Below, piece by piece: positions 9,240-18,871 of a stretch of DNA of 32,000 nt. The DNA comes from Methanothermobacter thermautotrophicus str. Delta H (GTDB taxonomy: Archaea > Methanobacteriota > Methanobacteria > Methanobacteriales > Methanothermobacteraceae), in assembly GCF_000008645.1 (NCBI RefSeq), contig NC_000916.1, positions 1,320,001 to 1,352,000 of the forward strand, in the 5' to 3' direction. The notes under the pieces were generated by a model. It saw nothing but the letters and a program-made list of their open reading frames with translations. It made no database searches and was not told the DNA's origin. A program made the translations under genes and the position numbers. Position 1 is the first letter of the stretch. Each line of letters begins with the position of its first letter.

Positions 9240-10795
9240 CTATCTCGCCCACCGGTCCATCAGATCAGCCATTCTTGCAACTGCACCACTGAGGGGCCCC
9301 ATCCTTGCACCTAACCTTCGAATGAGCCTCACATCCCTCTTCTCAACACCACCGACAAGGAGAATGCTCAGACCATAAACCAGGGGAGCGAAGATGATGG
9401 CTGCAAGGAGGCCTGGGATGTTCTGGGGGAGCAGAATCATGAAACCACCCATAACCCCGGATGCAGTGGCTATCCTGATGAACGCCATCCCTGGAAGCTT
9501 CACACCTGTTATCTGTGTGGTCTTCCACAGGATTATGATCATTATAATTAGGGCTGCAAGGGTTGTTGCAAGGGCCCCTCCCTCGATCCCGAGCATGGGT
9601 ACAAGGGCAACGTTGAGTACAAGGTTTATGATGGTCCCACCCACCAGGACATACATGGGGAGGCGGGGGTACCCTATCCCCTGGGCTATGCTTGATGATA
9701 TCATGAAGAGGGTGTAGAAGCTCATACCCACCACGAGTATGCTGAGGGCCCCAGCCCCAAAGATGAAGTCCCTCCCAAAGAGGAGTTCAAGGAGGGGCCC
9801 TGAGAACACGGCTATACCCACACACATTGGCAGCACAAGGAGGGTCACGACCCGGTATGACTGGACAATGTAGGTCTCAAGGAGATTCTGATCCTTCAGG
9901 GCGAATGCTTCAGAGGCTGCTGGAAGTACAGCCGTGGCTACAGACATTGATATCACAAGAGGGAGCCTTGCAACAGGATCGGCGGCGGTGTAGTACCCCA
10001 CCGAGGTTGTTGCCATGAAGTATCCTATTACGAATACGCTTATGTCGTATATGGCCATCTCAGAGAGGGCGGTTATTATGACCGGGATCGAGAAGGATAT
10101 CAGGGTCTTGACAAGTCCAAGTTCCTCCCTGAGGCCCAGTCTCTTTTCGGGTGGGGCGGGCGGAAAGTAACTGTTTATCAGTCTGCGAAAGATGATTATG
10201 GCTGAGATGGCTGATGCAAGGAACCCCATGGAGGTGCCAATGACCGCCCCGGCTGCATAGAAACCTGCCATGACGAATACAACAGCCATTGTTATCATGA
10301 AAACCTGCTCAACAGCCCTTGTAATCACGACGTATTCCATGCGGTATATGCCCTGAAATGCTCCACGGAATGCCCCAACAATGACACTGAATGGTGTTAT
10401 GAGGGCAACCGCCTGGAGGGGGTACTGGGCCGCTGGTTTGTGGAAGAAATCATTTGCAAGCCAGGGGCAGTGAAAAACATGACCAGGGAAAAGGCTATAC
10501 CCAGGAATATCATCACCTTTAGGGATGTCACAACGACCTGGCGCGCCATCTCCTCCTCATTCAGAGCCCTATGCTGGGCCACGTACTTTGCAATGGCTGG
10601 AGGAAGGCCCCCCGCTGCCAGTATCTGGAATATTCCCTGGAAGGGGAGTGTGAGTCCAAGCAAACCGTAGCCCTCGGGTCCAAGCAGACGCGTCATGAGC
10701 ACCCTGTAGATGTAGCCCCCGACCCTGAACAGGAGGTTGCCTATCATTATAAGGAAACTGCCCTTTAGAAGTTTGGATGTGCCTGAAGATGCCAT
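9240..10795 (-). CDS. Polysaccharide/lipid flippase (MATE/MVF superfamily), interrupted by an apparent 1-nt deletion near 10466
   Basis: N-terminal ORF LLKGSFLIMIGNLLFRVGGYIYRVLMTRLLGPEGYGLLGL; shift restores PWLANDFFHKPAAQYPLQAVALITPFSVIVGAFRGAFQGIYRMEYVVITRA..., which joins ORF 9240-10340. Confidence 0.87.
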
Positions 10796-10853
10796 TGAAT
10801 CACCAGAAATAAAGAGTTGACGGATTTAAATAAATTCCGAATAAAAAAGAATT

Positions 10854-11437
10854 TCAGGGTCCTTCAGAGTCCAGGAACCTTTTAAACATGCCCAGGGTCT
10901 TTTTGAGGGTTTTGAATCCATATGAGTCCTCTTTAACACCTCAAGGGTGTCCCTTGACCAGAAACAGGCCCCCAGATTTGCACCGAAGGAACCTCCACTT
11001 ACGGGTATGACGCCGTTGAGTATGTAGAAGGTGTGGATCTGCATGAGGGCTGGCTCCTGCCCCCCGCATCTATCACCACCAACAGCTATACCCATACCAA
11101 CCTTCCCGCGGAGGGAGTCATAGTCTTCAGCACCCAGTGCCCGGCAACGATCCATGATGGCCTTTATCTGGGCGCTGACACCTCCATTGTACACGGGGGT
11201 TGCAATTATGATCCCGGCGGCCCTCCGGAGTAGTTCATATAGGGGGAACATGTCATCCTTCAGCACACATTCCTTATTCCTCAGGCAGTAATCACAGTGT
11301 CTGCAGGGGGAGATGTTCTTACCCCTCACCGTGAAGAACTCTGTCTCAAGGCCATCATCCTCAAGCATTGAGAGGGCCCTTTCAAGGACATGTTCTGTTG
11401 CCTGCTTCCTGGGGCTTCCACATATACCGAGTATCAT
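10854..11437 (-). CDS. NADPH-dependent FMN reductase / iron-sulfur flavoprotein family, apparent 1-nt deletion near 10940
   Basis: MILGICGSPRKQATEHVLERAL..., ISPCRHCDYCLRNKEC, IIIATPVYNGGVSAQIKAIMDRC; corrected C-terminus GVKEDSYGFKTLKKTLGMFKRFLDSEGP* ends at 10854. Confidence 0.85.
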
Positions 11438-11453
11438 GCAACCCCCTCCAGTT

Positions 11454-12674
11454 CTAGATTGCTTCGTCCTCGTCGAGGGGCAGTCTCATGGTGTCGGGGT
11501 CCTGGGGCATGTGCTCAAGGAAGTCCTCTGCAGCCCTCCTGACGTCCCTTGATCCTATTATGTACCTGCCAACGACTATTATGTCTGCGCCGCTGTCAAG
11601 GGCCTCCTGCATCTTTGAGGGTGTTATTCCCCCTGCCACTGCCACAAGGCCCCTGGGTCCAAGGATCTCCTTTATCTCCCTGATGTTACCCCATTCACTC
11701 ATTTCACCAAGTTCCTCTCCACGTTCAGCTCTGAGGGTTTCAAGGTCAACGTTTCTGTGGAGGAGAACAATGTCGGGTTTGTATTTGAGTCCCCTGAGTT
11801 TATCGACGAAGTTTTCAACGTTCATCATGTCAAGTATGGAGTAGATTCCCTGTTTCTGGGCCTCGTGGATGGCCTTTTCAATGGACTCAACTGTCCCGAG
11901 GCCTGATATTGCAACGGCGTCCGCAGTTTCATCTGCAGCCATTTTGACCTCTATCCTTCCAACATCCAGGGTTTTGAGGTCCGCTATTATGAAGGCATCC
12001 CTTCTAAGCTCCCTTATCCTCCTGACAACACCCACACCGAATTTCTTGACAAGGGGTGTTCCAGCTTCAAGCAGTATACGCTCCCTGTCAGGAAGGGTGT
12101 TGATGATCCTCTCCATCTCCTCCATGCTATCGAGGTCAAGGGCAACCTGCAGGTATGGGGGGTTCCAGAGCCTCACGGCCCTGAAGCCCATTATGGGATG
12201 GCTTCCGCGGTCCTTTTCACTGAGGACCTTTCTGACTGATGGGTAGCCCTCCATGGCCCTTCTGAGGGCAAGCTTGGTTGCTCCGTAGTTGTACTGGTAT
12301 ATCTTCCTGTAGTCCTCTGCCTCAGGGTGTATGAATACGCTGACTATAACAACCAGGTCTTCAGCCTTTTCCTCGGGGATTATGCCCTCCTCAACGGAAT
12401 CAGCAACTGCACGTGCCACTGCTGTCTGGGCAGGACCAAATACCTTATCGGCATCCTCAAGGCAGCTCACCGTGACCTTTGGCACGATGAGTGTGGCGGG
12501 CTTGGTCATGAGGTTGGGTCTTACGACTGATAGAAGTGGGGTGTGACCCAGTGAAAGGTTTGTGAGACCATTTGCGAAGGCGGCCCCTGCGTTTCCCTCC
12601 TTATCCCCTATGATGAGATCTATATGCGCGACTTCGTTGCCGCTTCCTATGAGTGCTTCACCTATTCTGTACAT
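11454..12674 (-). CDS. fae-hps: Bifunctional formaldehyde-activating enzyme / 3-hexulose-6-phosphate synthase fusion
   Basis: [55 protein letters not shown] (Fae) followed by [19 protein letters not shown]...[31 protein letters not shown] (HPS). ATG 12674 preceded by aGGAGG. Confidence 0.95.
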
Positions 12675-12761
12675 TAAAATCCTCCTATGTGGTCTGGTTT
12701 CCTGCTGGTTCTTCAGGTTCAGATGTTTCTGTGCTGTTTTCAGCACTGCTTGTGTTTGTTT

Positions 12762-12971
12762 TTATCTTCTTGGTGGTGGTTTTTGTGTTTGTCGGTGCTG
12801 ACCGGTGCCGGGGAATTCATTTGCAAAACTCATATCTGTTGTTGCATTATCTGACCAATCCAGCTGGGTTACATTCTGGTCCTGGGCCCCCAGGTACAGG
12901 GCAACATTGAAACCAACCATCAGTGATATGATGAGAACCATGGCACCGATAACTATGTTCCTGTAGTCCAT
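12762..12971 (-). CDS. Small single-TM protein; probably continues in another frame to 12685
   Basis: MDYRNIVIGAMVLIISLMVGFNVALYLGAQDQNVTQLDWSDNATTDMSFANEFPG...; alternative frame downstream encodes [38 protein letters not shown] ending right before the fae-hps ribosome-binding site. Confidence 0.6.
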   Translation of the reverse strand: MDYRNIVIGAMVLIISLMVGFNVALYLGAQDQNVTQLDWSDNATTDMSFANEFPGTGQHRQTQKPPPRR

Positions 12972-13108
12972 CAGATCACCTTGATGAGATTGATATAAAT
13001 TAATTTTAGTGTAGGTGATGATGGTATTTATATCTATTGAAGCGGCCATCACCGTTTCTGGATGGCTCCGGGAGAAAAAAATCAGTAGGGGTGAGGTGGT
13101 GGAGGGGT

Positions 13109-14395
13109 TTAGATTTTACCCTCCAGGTAGTCACCGTATCCCTTAAGGTCGAGGAGGCCATGGCCTGAGAAACTGATAACTATGGTCTTCTCTTCACCGG
13201 TTTCCCGGCACTTGCGTGCTTCATCGATTGCCACACTTATGGCATGGCATGTTTCCGGGGCCGGCACAACACCCTCTGCCTTTGCAAACTTGACGCCGCT
13301 CTCGAATATGGTGTGCTGGGGAACGGCCCTGGCATTGATCACACCCTCCCTCACGAGGAGTGCGACCTGGGGTGACATTCCATGGTACCTGAGGCCACCG
13401 GCATGGACGGATGGGGGTACAAAGTCGTGGCCGAGGGTGTACATCTTGAGGAGCGGGGTCATGCCTGCAGTGTCACCGAAGTCGTAGCGGTACTCTCCGG
13501 CTGTGAGTGTTGGGCATGACTTTGGCTCTGCAGCAATGAATTCACAGTCCAGCTTACCATCAAGCTTGTCCTTCACGAAGGGGAAGATGGCCCCCCCGAA
13601 GTTGCTGCCCCCTCCAACGCACCCTATCATGATGTCTGGTGTTTCACCTGCGATTTCAAGCTGTTTCTTTGTCTCAAGACCTATTACGGTCTGGTGAAGG
13701 AGCACATGGTTAAGTACACTTCCAAGGGAGTAGTAGACGTTTTCTTCCTGGAGAGCCTCCTCCATGGCCTCAGATATGGCTATACCCAGGGATCCGGGAT
13801 GTTCGGGGTCCTCCTTGAGCATCCTGCGACCAAATTCTGTGTGATTGCTTGGGGATGGTACAACCTCACCACCGTATAGCTGCATTATGGTTTTTCTGAA
13901 GGGTTTCTGGTTGAAGGATACTCTGACCATGTAGACCTTGCACTGGAGGTCCATCAGTGAGCAGGCAAGGGAGAGGGCTGTTCCCCACTGCCCTGCACCG
14001 GTCTCTGTTGTTAATCTCTCTGCACCATCCTTCCGGGCATAGTATGCCTGGGCTATGGCGGTGTTCAGTTTATGGCTCCCTGTGGGGGAATAGTCTTCCC
14101 TCTTGTAGTATATCCTTGCCGGAGTGTCCAGCATCTCCTCAAGGCCCTTTGCCCTGAATAGTGGTGTGGGCCTTCCAATCATCTTATAGACGTCCATGAC
14201 CTCCCTGGGAATCTTTATCCATCTCTCCATGGACATCTCCTGCTCAAGCACTCCCCTTGAGAATACCCTTGGCAGGTTTTCAATGTTCTTCCCACCCTCA
14301 GGGTTTTTTGGTTCTGGTAGTGGTGAGGGAAGGTCCGGGTTAATGTTGTACCACTTCTTTGGTATTTCATTTTCATCAAGAACGATCTTATTCAT
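13109..14395 (-). CDS. trpB2: Tryptophan synthase beta chain, TrpB2 type
   Basis: [61 protein letters not shown] lysine region, [10 protein letters not shown]; not adjacent to other trp genes in this window. Confidence 0.93.
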   Translation of the reverse strand: MNKIVLDENEIPKKWYNINPDLPSPLPEPKNPEGGKNIENLPRVFSRGVLEQEMSMERWIKIPREVMDVYKMIGRPTPLFRAKGLEEMLDTPARIYYKREDYSPTGSHKLNTAIAQAYYARKDGAERLTTETGAGQWGTALSLACSLMDLQCKVYMVRVSFNQKPFRKTIMQLYGGEVVPSPSNHTEFGRRMLKEDPEHPGSLGIAISEAMEEALQEENVYYSLGSVLNHVLLHQTVIGLETKKQLEIAGETPDIMIGCVGGGSNFGGAIFPFVKDKLDGKLDCEFIAAEPKSCPTLTAGEYRYDFGDTAGMTPLLKMYTLGHDFVPPSVHAGGLRYHGMSPQVALLVREGVINARAVPQHTIFESGVKFAKAEGVVPAPETCHAISVAIDEARKCRETGEEKTIVISFSGHGLLDLKGYGDYLEGKI

Positions 14396-14486
14396 CATAT
14401 CACCTCATGGCTGGAACTGGTCCCTACTGATGAAATCATCATTTCCATGCAGTAAGATATCTTTAAAGAACTATTTAAAACTTTAC

Positions 14487-14502
14487 TGTACATATATGTA
14501 CA
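14487..14502. promoter_or_regulatory. Two TRP boxes (TGTACA, 14487-14492 and 14497-14502) forming a 16-bp perfect palindrome TGTACATATATGTACA; probable TrpY operator
   Basis: Direct reading; TrpY of Methanothermobacter is known to recognise TGTACA and regulate trpB2. Confidence 0.85.
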
Positions 14503-14546
14503 TCAAAGGGAATGGTTAATAAACAGTGATGAGATATGTTTCCCAC

Positions 14547-15562
14547 ATGAAAATACTTGCAGTTGATGTGGGGGCCGGAACCCAGGATATAATGTACCAT
14601 GACACGGGGATCGACAGGATAGAGAACTCCCTGAAGATGGTAATGCCCTCACCAACAAGGATAATTGCAGGGAGAATCCGGGGGATCAGTGGCGATGTCT
14701 TTATCAGTGGACAGACAATGGGCGGGGGCCCGGTTACACGTGCAATACTTGAACACATCGGAGCCGGAAACCGGGTGGTCATGACACCTGAAGCAGCCAG
14801 GACAGTCAGGGATGATCCTGAAAGGGTCATGGCCATGGGAATAGAGATATCAGAGGAAAACCCGGGACTTCAGAGCATTGAATTCAGGGACGTAGACCTT
14901 GAGGCCATAAGAGGGGCACTTGCATGCTTTGACGTTGATCTGGACTTTGATTTGCTGGGTGTTGCTGTACAGGACCACGGGGCCGGGGGTGATATGGGTG
15001 ATAGGAACTTCAGATTCATGAAGATCAGGGAGAAATTATCCGTACCCATCCCCCCGGAGGAGTTCTCCTACCTGGGAGACGTCCCTGAGTACTTCACAAG
15101 GATGAAGTCCATTGAGAAGGCCATCAGACACCCCACCCTCATCATGGATTCAAAGTTCGCCTCAGTGACCGGGGCACTCATGGATCCTGCAGTCAGTTCA
15201 GATGAGCCGATTGTCGTGGTGGACGTGGGAAATGGACACACCCTGGCAGCCAGCATCCTTGAAGGGAGGATACATGGTGTCATGGAGCACCACACCCGCA
15301 TGCTCTCACCGGCTAAACTCGAGGACTTCATTATAAGGCTCTGCCTGGGTGAGCTGACCCACGGTGAAATCCATGGAGATGGCGGTCACGGTGCCCATGT
15401 CATTGATGCTGTTGGCGAACCGGTCAAGGTGGTTGCAACCGGTCCCAGAGGGGCATACTTGACGGTATAGACCTTGATGTCCACCATGCAGCACCGGCGG
15501 GGGATGTTATGATGACAGGACCCGTGGGTCTCATAAGGAGTATTGAGTATAGGGTGAGTTGA
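14547..15562 (+). CDS. DUF1786-like ASKHA-type ATPase-fold protein, apparent 1-nt deletion near 15451
   Basis: MKILAVDVGAGTQDIMYHD...VVDVGNGHTLAA; shift at AGAGG|GGCATACTT restores GILDGIDLDVHHAAPAGDVMMTGPVGLIRSIEYRVS* ending 15562. Confidence 0.75.
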
Positions 15563-15605
15563 TGTTTGTGTTGTTTTGCTGGAGTATTGAGTACAGGGTG
15601 ATGGG

Positions 15606-16267
15606 ATGATCAGGATAGACCCCCACATACACAGCGTATATTCTGGTGATGCGAGGGGAACCCCCAGGGAGATCCTCAGGAGGGCCTCAGCCGTGGGTCT
15701 TGATGCGGTGGCAGTTGCAGACCACAACACAATGAAGGGATCAATAATCGCCCTCAAGGAGTCCCGGGGAATGGGCATAACCGTGGTACCCGCAATGGAG
15801 CTCAGCACATCTGCTGGACATATCGTTGCCCTTGGCATCCAGGAGGAGATCTCGAGGGGACTCACTCCGGTCGAGACCCTGGATGAGATACATGACCAGG
15901 ATGGAGTCGCCATAATACCCCACCCCTTTGTGAGGTACCGGCAGGGACTCTTTGTGAATGAGCGTAACATCCGTGTTGACGGCATCGAGACCCTAACTCC
16001 AGGTACATCGTGGGCTACTCGAACTGGAGGGCCCGGAAGTTTGCAAGGAAAAGAGGCATACCAGAGATAGGTGCAAGTGACGCCCACTTTCTGGAGGCCG
16101 TTGGAAGCTCCTTCACCCTGGTTGACTCTGAGGGCGAGGCTGATGATATAGTCAGGGCTATCCTTAAGGGAAAAACAGAGCCAGCAGGAAGCAGGACACC
16201 ACTCCCACTCATTGTGAGGGAGGTCATAAACAAGAAATTACTTGGAAGGATGAGGGATTATGTCTGA
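15606..16267 (+). CDS. PHP-domain phosphoesterase, apparent 1-nt deletion near 15994
   Basis: MIRIDPHIHSVYSGDARG, AVADHNTM, IPHPF...; shift restores IETLNSRYIVGYSNWRARKFARKRGIPEIGASDAHFLEAVGSSFT, joining ORF 16010-16267. Confidence 0.88.
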
Positions 16268-16411
16268 TCCTGATAACTCTAATTGGGCAGCACACCTCAT
16301 ATTTGACCCTCCCAGTGGAATCTATTCTTCAATAGCGTATGCGGGCATGGCACGGTCATCAGATGCATTGCAGCCCTCGACAGACATACCTCCTCAACAT
16401 GGGGGAGTGAC

Positions 16412-17203
16412 ATGATATCTGAAATCATCGAGTTCCTTGAGAGCAACTTCTTTTACCTGCACCCTGGTTACACACCACTGAACACGGTCGTATTCGGGAT
16501 TGTACTCGGAATAGCTGTTCTGATAATACTCAGGATGTTCAGATGGCTTAAAAAGGATCCAGGCGAGCTACTTGTGCCCCTGCTTCCCTTCATATTCCTG
16601 GGCTCCGGTGCAAGGGCCCTTGTTGATAACGGGATATACCCGCTAACACACCTTCTGGTAACCCCGGGCATATACATCCTTGTGGGCCTTACAACCATAG
16701 CAACACTAATAGCCGCGGTTAAACTTGAGGAGACCCGTGGCTGGGATTACAGGAAACTTATATTTGCCACGGGCTCTGTCCTCGCTGCGCCCAACCTCAT
16801 CAGCATACGTCACATAGATCCGGTACCCTTCCTCTCCGTCCTCGGAGTGTTCTCAGTTTTTTCAGCAGCATTTTACGCCCTGAGCTTGAGGTGGGAGTTC
16901 CTCCGGGGCAGGATGAACCTCCCTGTTATATATGCACACCTATTCGATGCATCCTCAACCTACGTTGCCGTTGACTGGTACGGCTATATAGAGCAGCATG
17001 TGCTGCCATCAGCCCTAACAGGCCTCACGGGCACTGCCATGGTCATGTTTCCCCTGAAGATGGCGGTTATACTGACGGCCCTCTATGCCATTGATAGATA
17101 CGTTGAGTCCGATATGGATTCAGAGGCCCTCAAGCTTGTGATATTTATACTGGGCCTTGCCCCGGGTCTCAGAAATTTCCTGAGCCTGAGCATGGCGGTT
17201 TAA
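16412..17203 (+). CDS. DUF63 family membrane protein
   Basis: 263 aa, multiple TM segments, LHPGYTPLNTVVFGIVLG...FIFLGSGARALVDNG pattern. Confidence 0.7.
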   Translation: MISEIIEFLESNFFYLHPGYTPLNTVVFGIVLGIAVLIILRMFRWLKKDPGELLVPLLPFIFLGSGARALVDNGIYPLTHLLVTPGIYILVGLTTIATLIAAVKLEETRGWDYRKLIFATGSVLAAPNLISIRHIDPVPFLSVLGVFSVFSAAFYALSLRWEFLRGRMNLPVIYAHLFDASSTYVAVDWYGYIEQHVLPSALTGLTGTAMVMFPLKMAVILTALYAIDRYVESDMDSEALKLVIFILGLAPGLRNFLSLSMAV

Positions 17204-17227
17204 TGGTTTTCTGTAAATTACCTGGCA

Positions 17228-17268
17228 CCCGGGAACCCGGGTTATAACTTATAAGATATAACTTATAA
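17228..17268. promoter_or_regulatory. CCCGGGAACCCGGG followed by four near-perfect 7-bp units (gTTATAAcTTATAAgATATAAcTTATAA) upstream of leuA
   Basis: CCCGGG at 17228-17233 and 17236-17241; heptamer series 17241-17268; TATAACTTATAA repeated exactly at 17243-17254 and 17257-17268. Confidence 0.6.
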
Positions 17269-17345
17269 CATACTGTGTGTAAAAGCTTTTAATTGTAGCC
17301 CACAGAAATTTAAGCAGATAAAATGCCAGACCACGGGGAATCAAG

Positions 17346-18863
17346 ATGTACATAGAAGAGGTTAAAGGAGAAATGAATCTCCCGGAGAATGTCAGGATAT
17401 TTGACACAACACTGAGGGATGGTGAACAGACACCTGGAGTGGCCCTCACAGTGGAGGAAAAGACGGGTATAGCAAGGAAGCTCGACGCCCTTGGAGTCGA
17501 TACAATCGAGGCAGGGTTCCCTGCAGCATCTCCAGGTGAAATGAACTCCATAAGGAGAATAGTTGAACTCGGACTTGAAGCAAATATCTGTGGTTTGGCA
17601 AGGGTGCTCCGTGAGGACATAGACGCGGCAATAGACTGTGGAGTTGATTACATACACACCTTCATAGGGACATCACCACTCCACCGGGAATACAAGCTCA
17701 AAATGTCCCCTGATGAGATAATAGACAGGGCGGTCTTTGGAGTGGAATATGCGGCTGAACATGGCCTGAAGGTTGAGTTCTCTGCGGAGGATGCAACAAG
17801 GACTGAATTTGATTACCTGGTTGAGGTATACCGTGCAGCCGAGGATGCCGGTGCCGAGATCATAAACGTCCCGGATACCGTCGGGGTCATGATACCCCGG
17901 GCCATGAACCACCTGGTATCCCGGCTTAAGGAGGAACTCAGGGTACCCATAAGCGTGCACTGTCACAATGACTTCGGCCTGGCAGTCGCCAACTCCCTTG
18001 CAGCGGTGGAGGCCGGGGCATCACAGGTACATGCAACAGTGAATGGTCTCGGTGAAAGGGCAGGAAACGCTGCCCTTGAGGAGGTTGTAATGGCCCTCAT
18101 AACCAGGTATGACCTCCCGGTGGATATAAGAACCGTGGAACTCGTCAACATCTCAGAATTCGTCTCAAAGATAACCGGTGTCAGGATGCCCCCCAACAAG
18201 GCCATAGTCGGTGAAAACGCCTTTGCACATGAAGCCGGCATACACGTGCATGGAGTCCTTGAAAAGGCTGAAACCTATGAACCAATAACCCCTGAGATGG
18301 TGGGCCACAAGAGGAGGATAGTCCTTGGTAAACACACAGGAGCCAACGCCCTCAGATCAAAGCTCCAGGAATACGGAATAGAGATGAAGGAGGAACAGTT
18401 CTGCACACTCTATGAACAGGTCAAGAGGCTTGGAGATAAGGGTAAGAGGATCACGGATGCTGATCTGAGGGCCATGGCCGTCACCATCCTTGGAAAGGCC
18501 AGCAGGGAAATAGTGAAGCTGGAGGGCATAGCAGTCATGACAGGGGAGAGTGTGATGCCAACAGCCACAGTTAAGCTCAGAATCGGTGACGAGGTCAAGA
18601 CAACATCCATGACAGGGGTTGGACCTGTAGATGCTGCAATAAACGCCATACAAAGCCTTGTAAGTGAAACAGCAGACATAGAACTCGATGAATACAACAT
18701 AGAGGCCATAACTGGTGGTACAAACGCACTTGCAGAGGTCTTCGTTGTCATGAGTGACGGGGAGGGTAACAAGGCCACAGGAAGGTCCACCAGGGAGGAC
18801 ATAGTCATGGCGAGTGTTGAGGCAGTACTGGACGCCATAAACAAGATTCTGAGCCTTAAATAG
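17346..18863 (+). CDS. leuA: 2-isopropylmalate synthase
   Basis: [56 protein letters not shown], plus a full C-terminal LeuA allosteric domain; this makes LeuA more likely than AksA/CimA but does not settle it. Confidence 0.88.
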
Positions 18864-18871
18864 AAAAGTGA

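Noticed and set aside
11454-12674. The fae-hps fusion as a new domain architecture
   Set aside because: Bifunctional Fae-Hps proteins are well known in methanogens.
14487-14502. The trpB2 palindrome as a previously unknown operator
   Set aside because: TGTACA TRP boxes and TrpY control of trpB2 are already described in Methanothermobacter; only a possible effect on the divergent gene is open.
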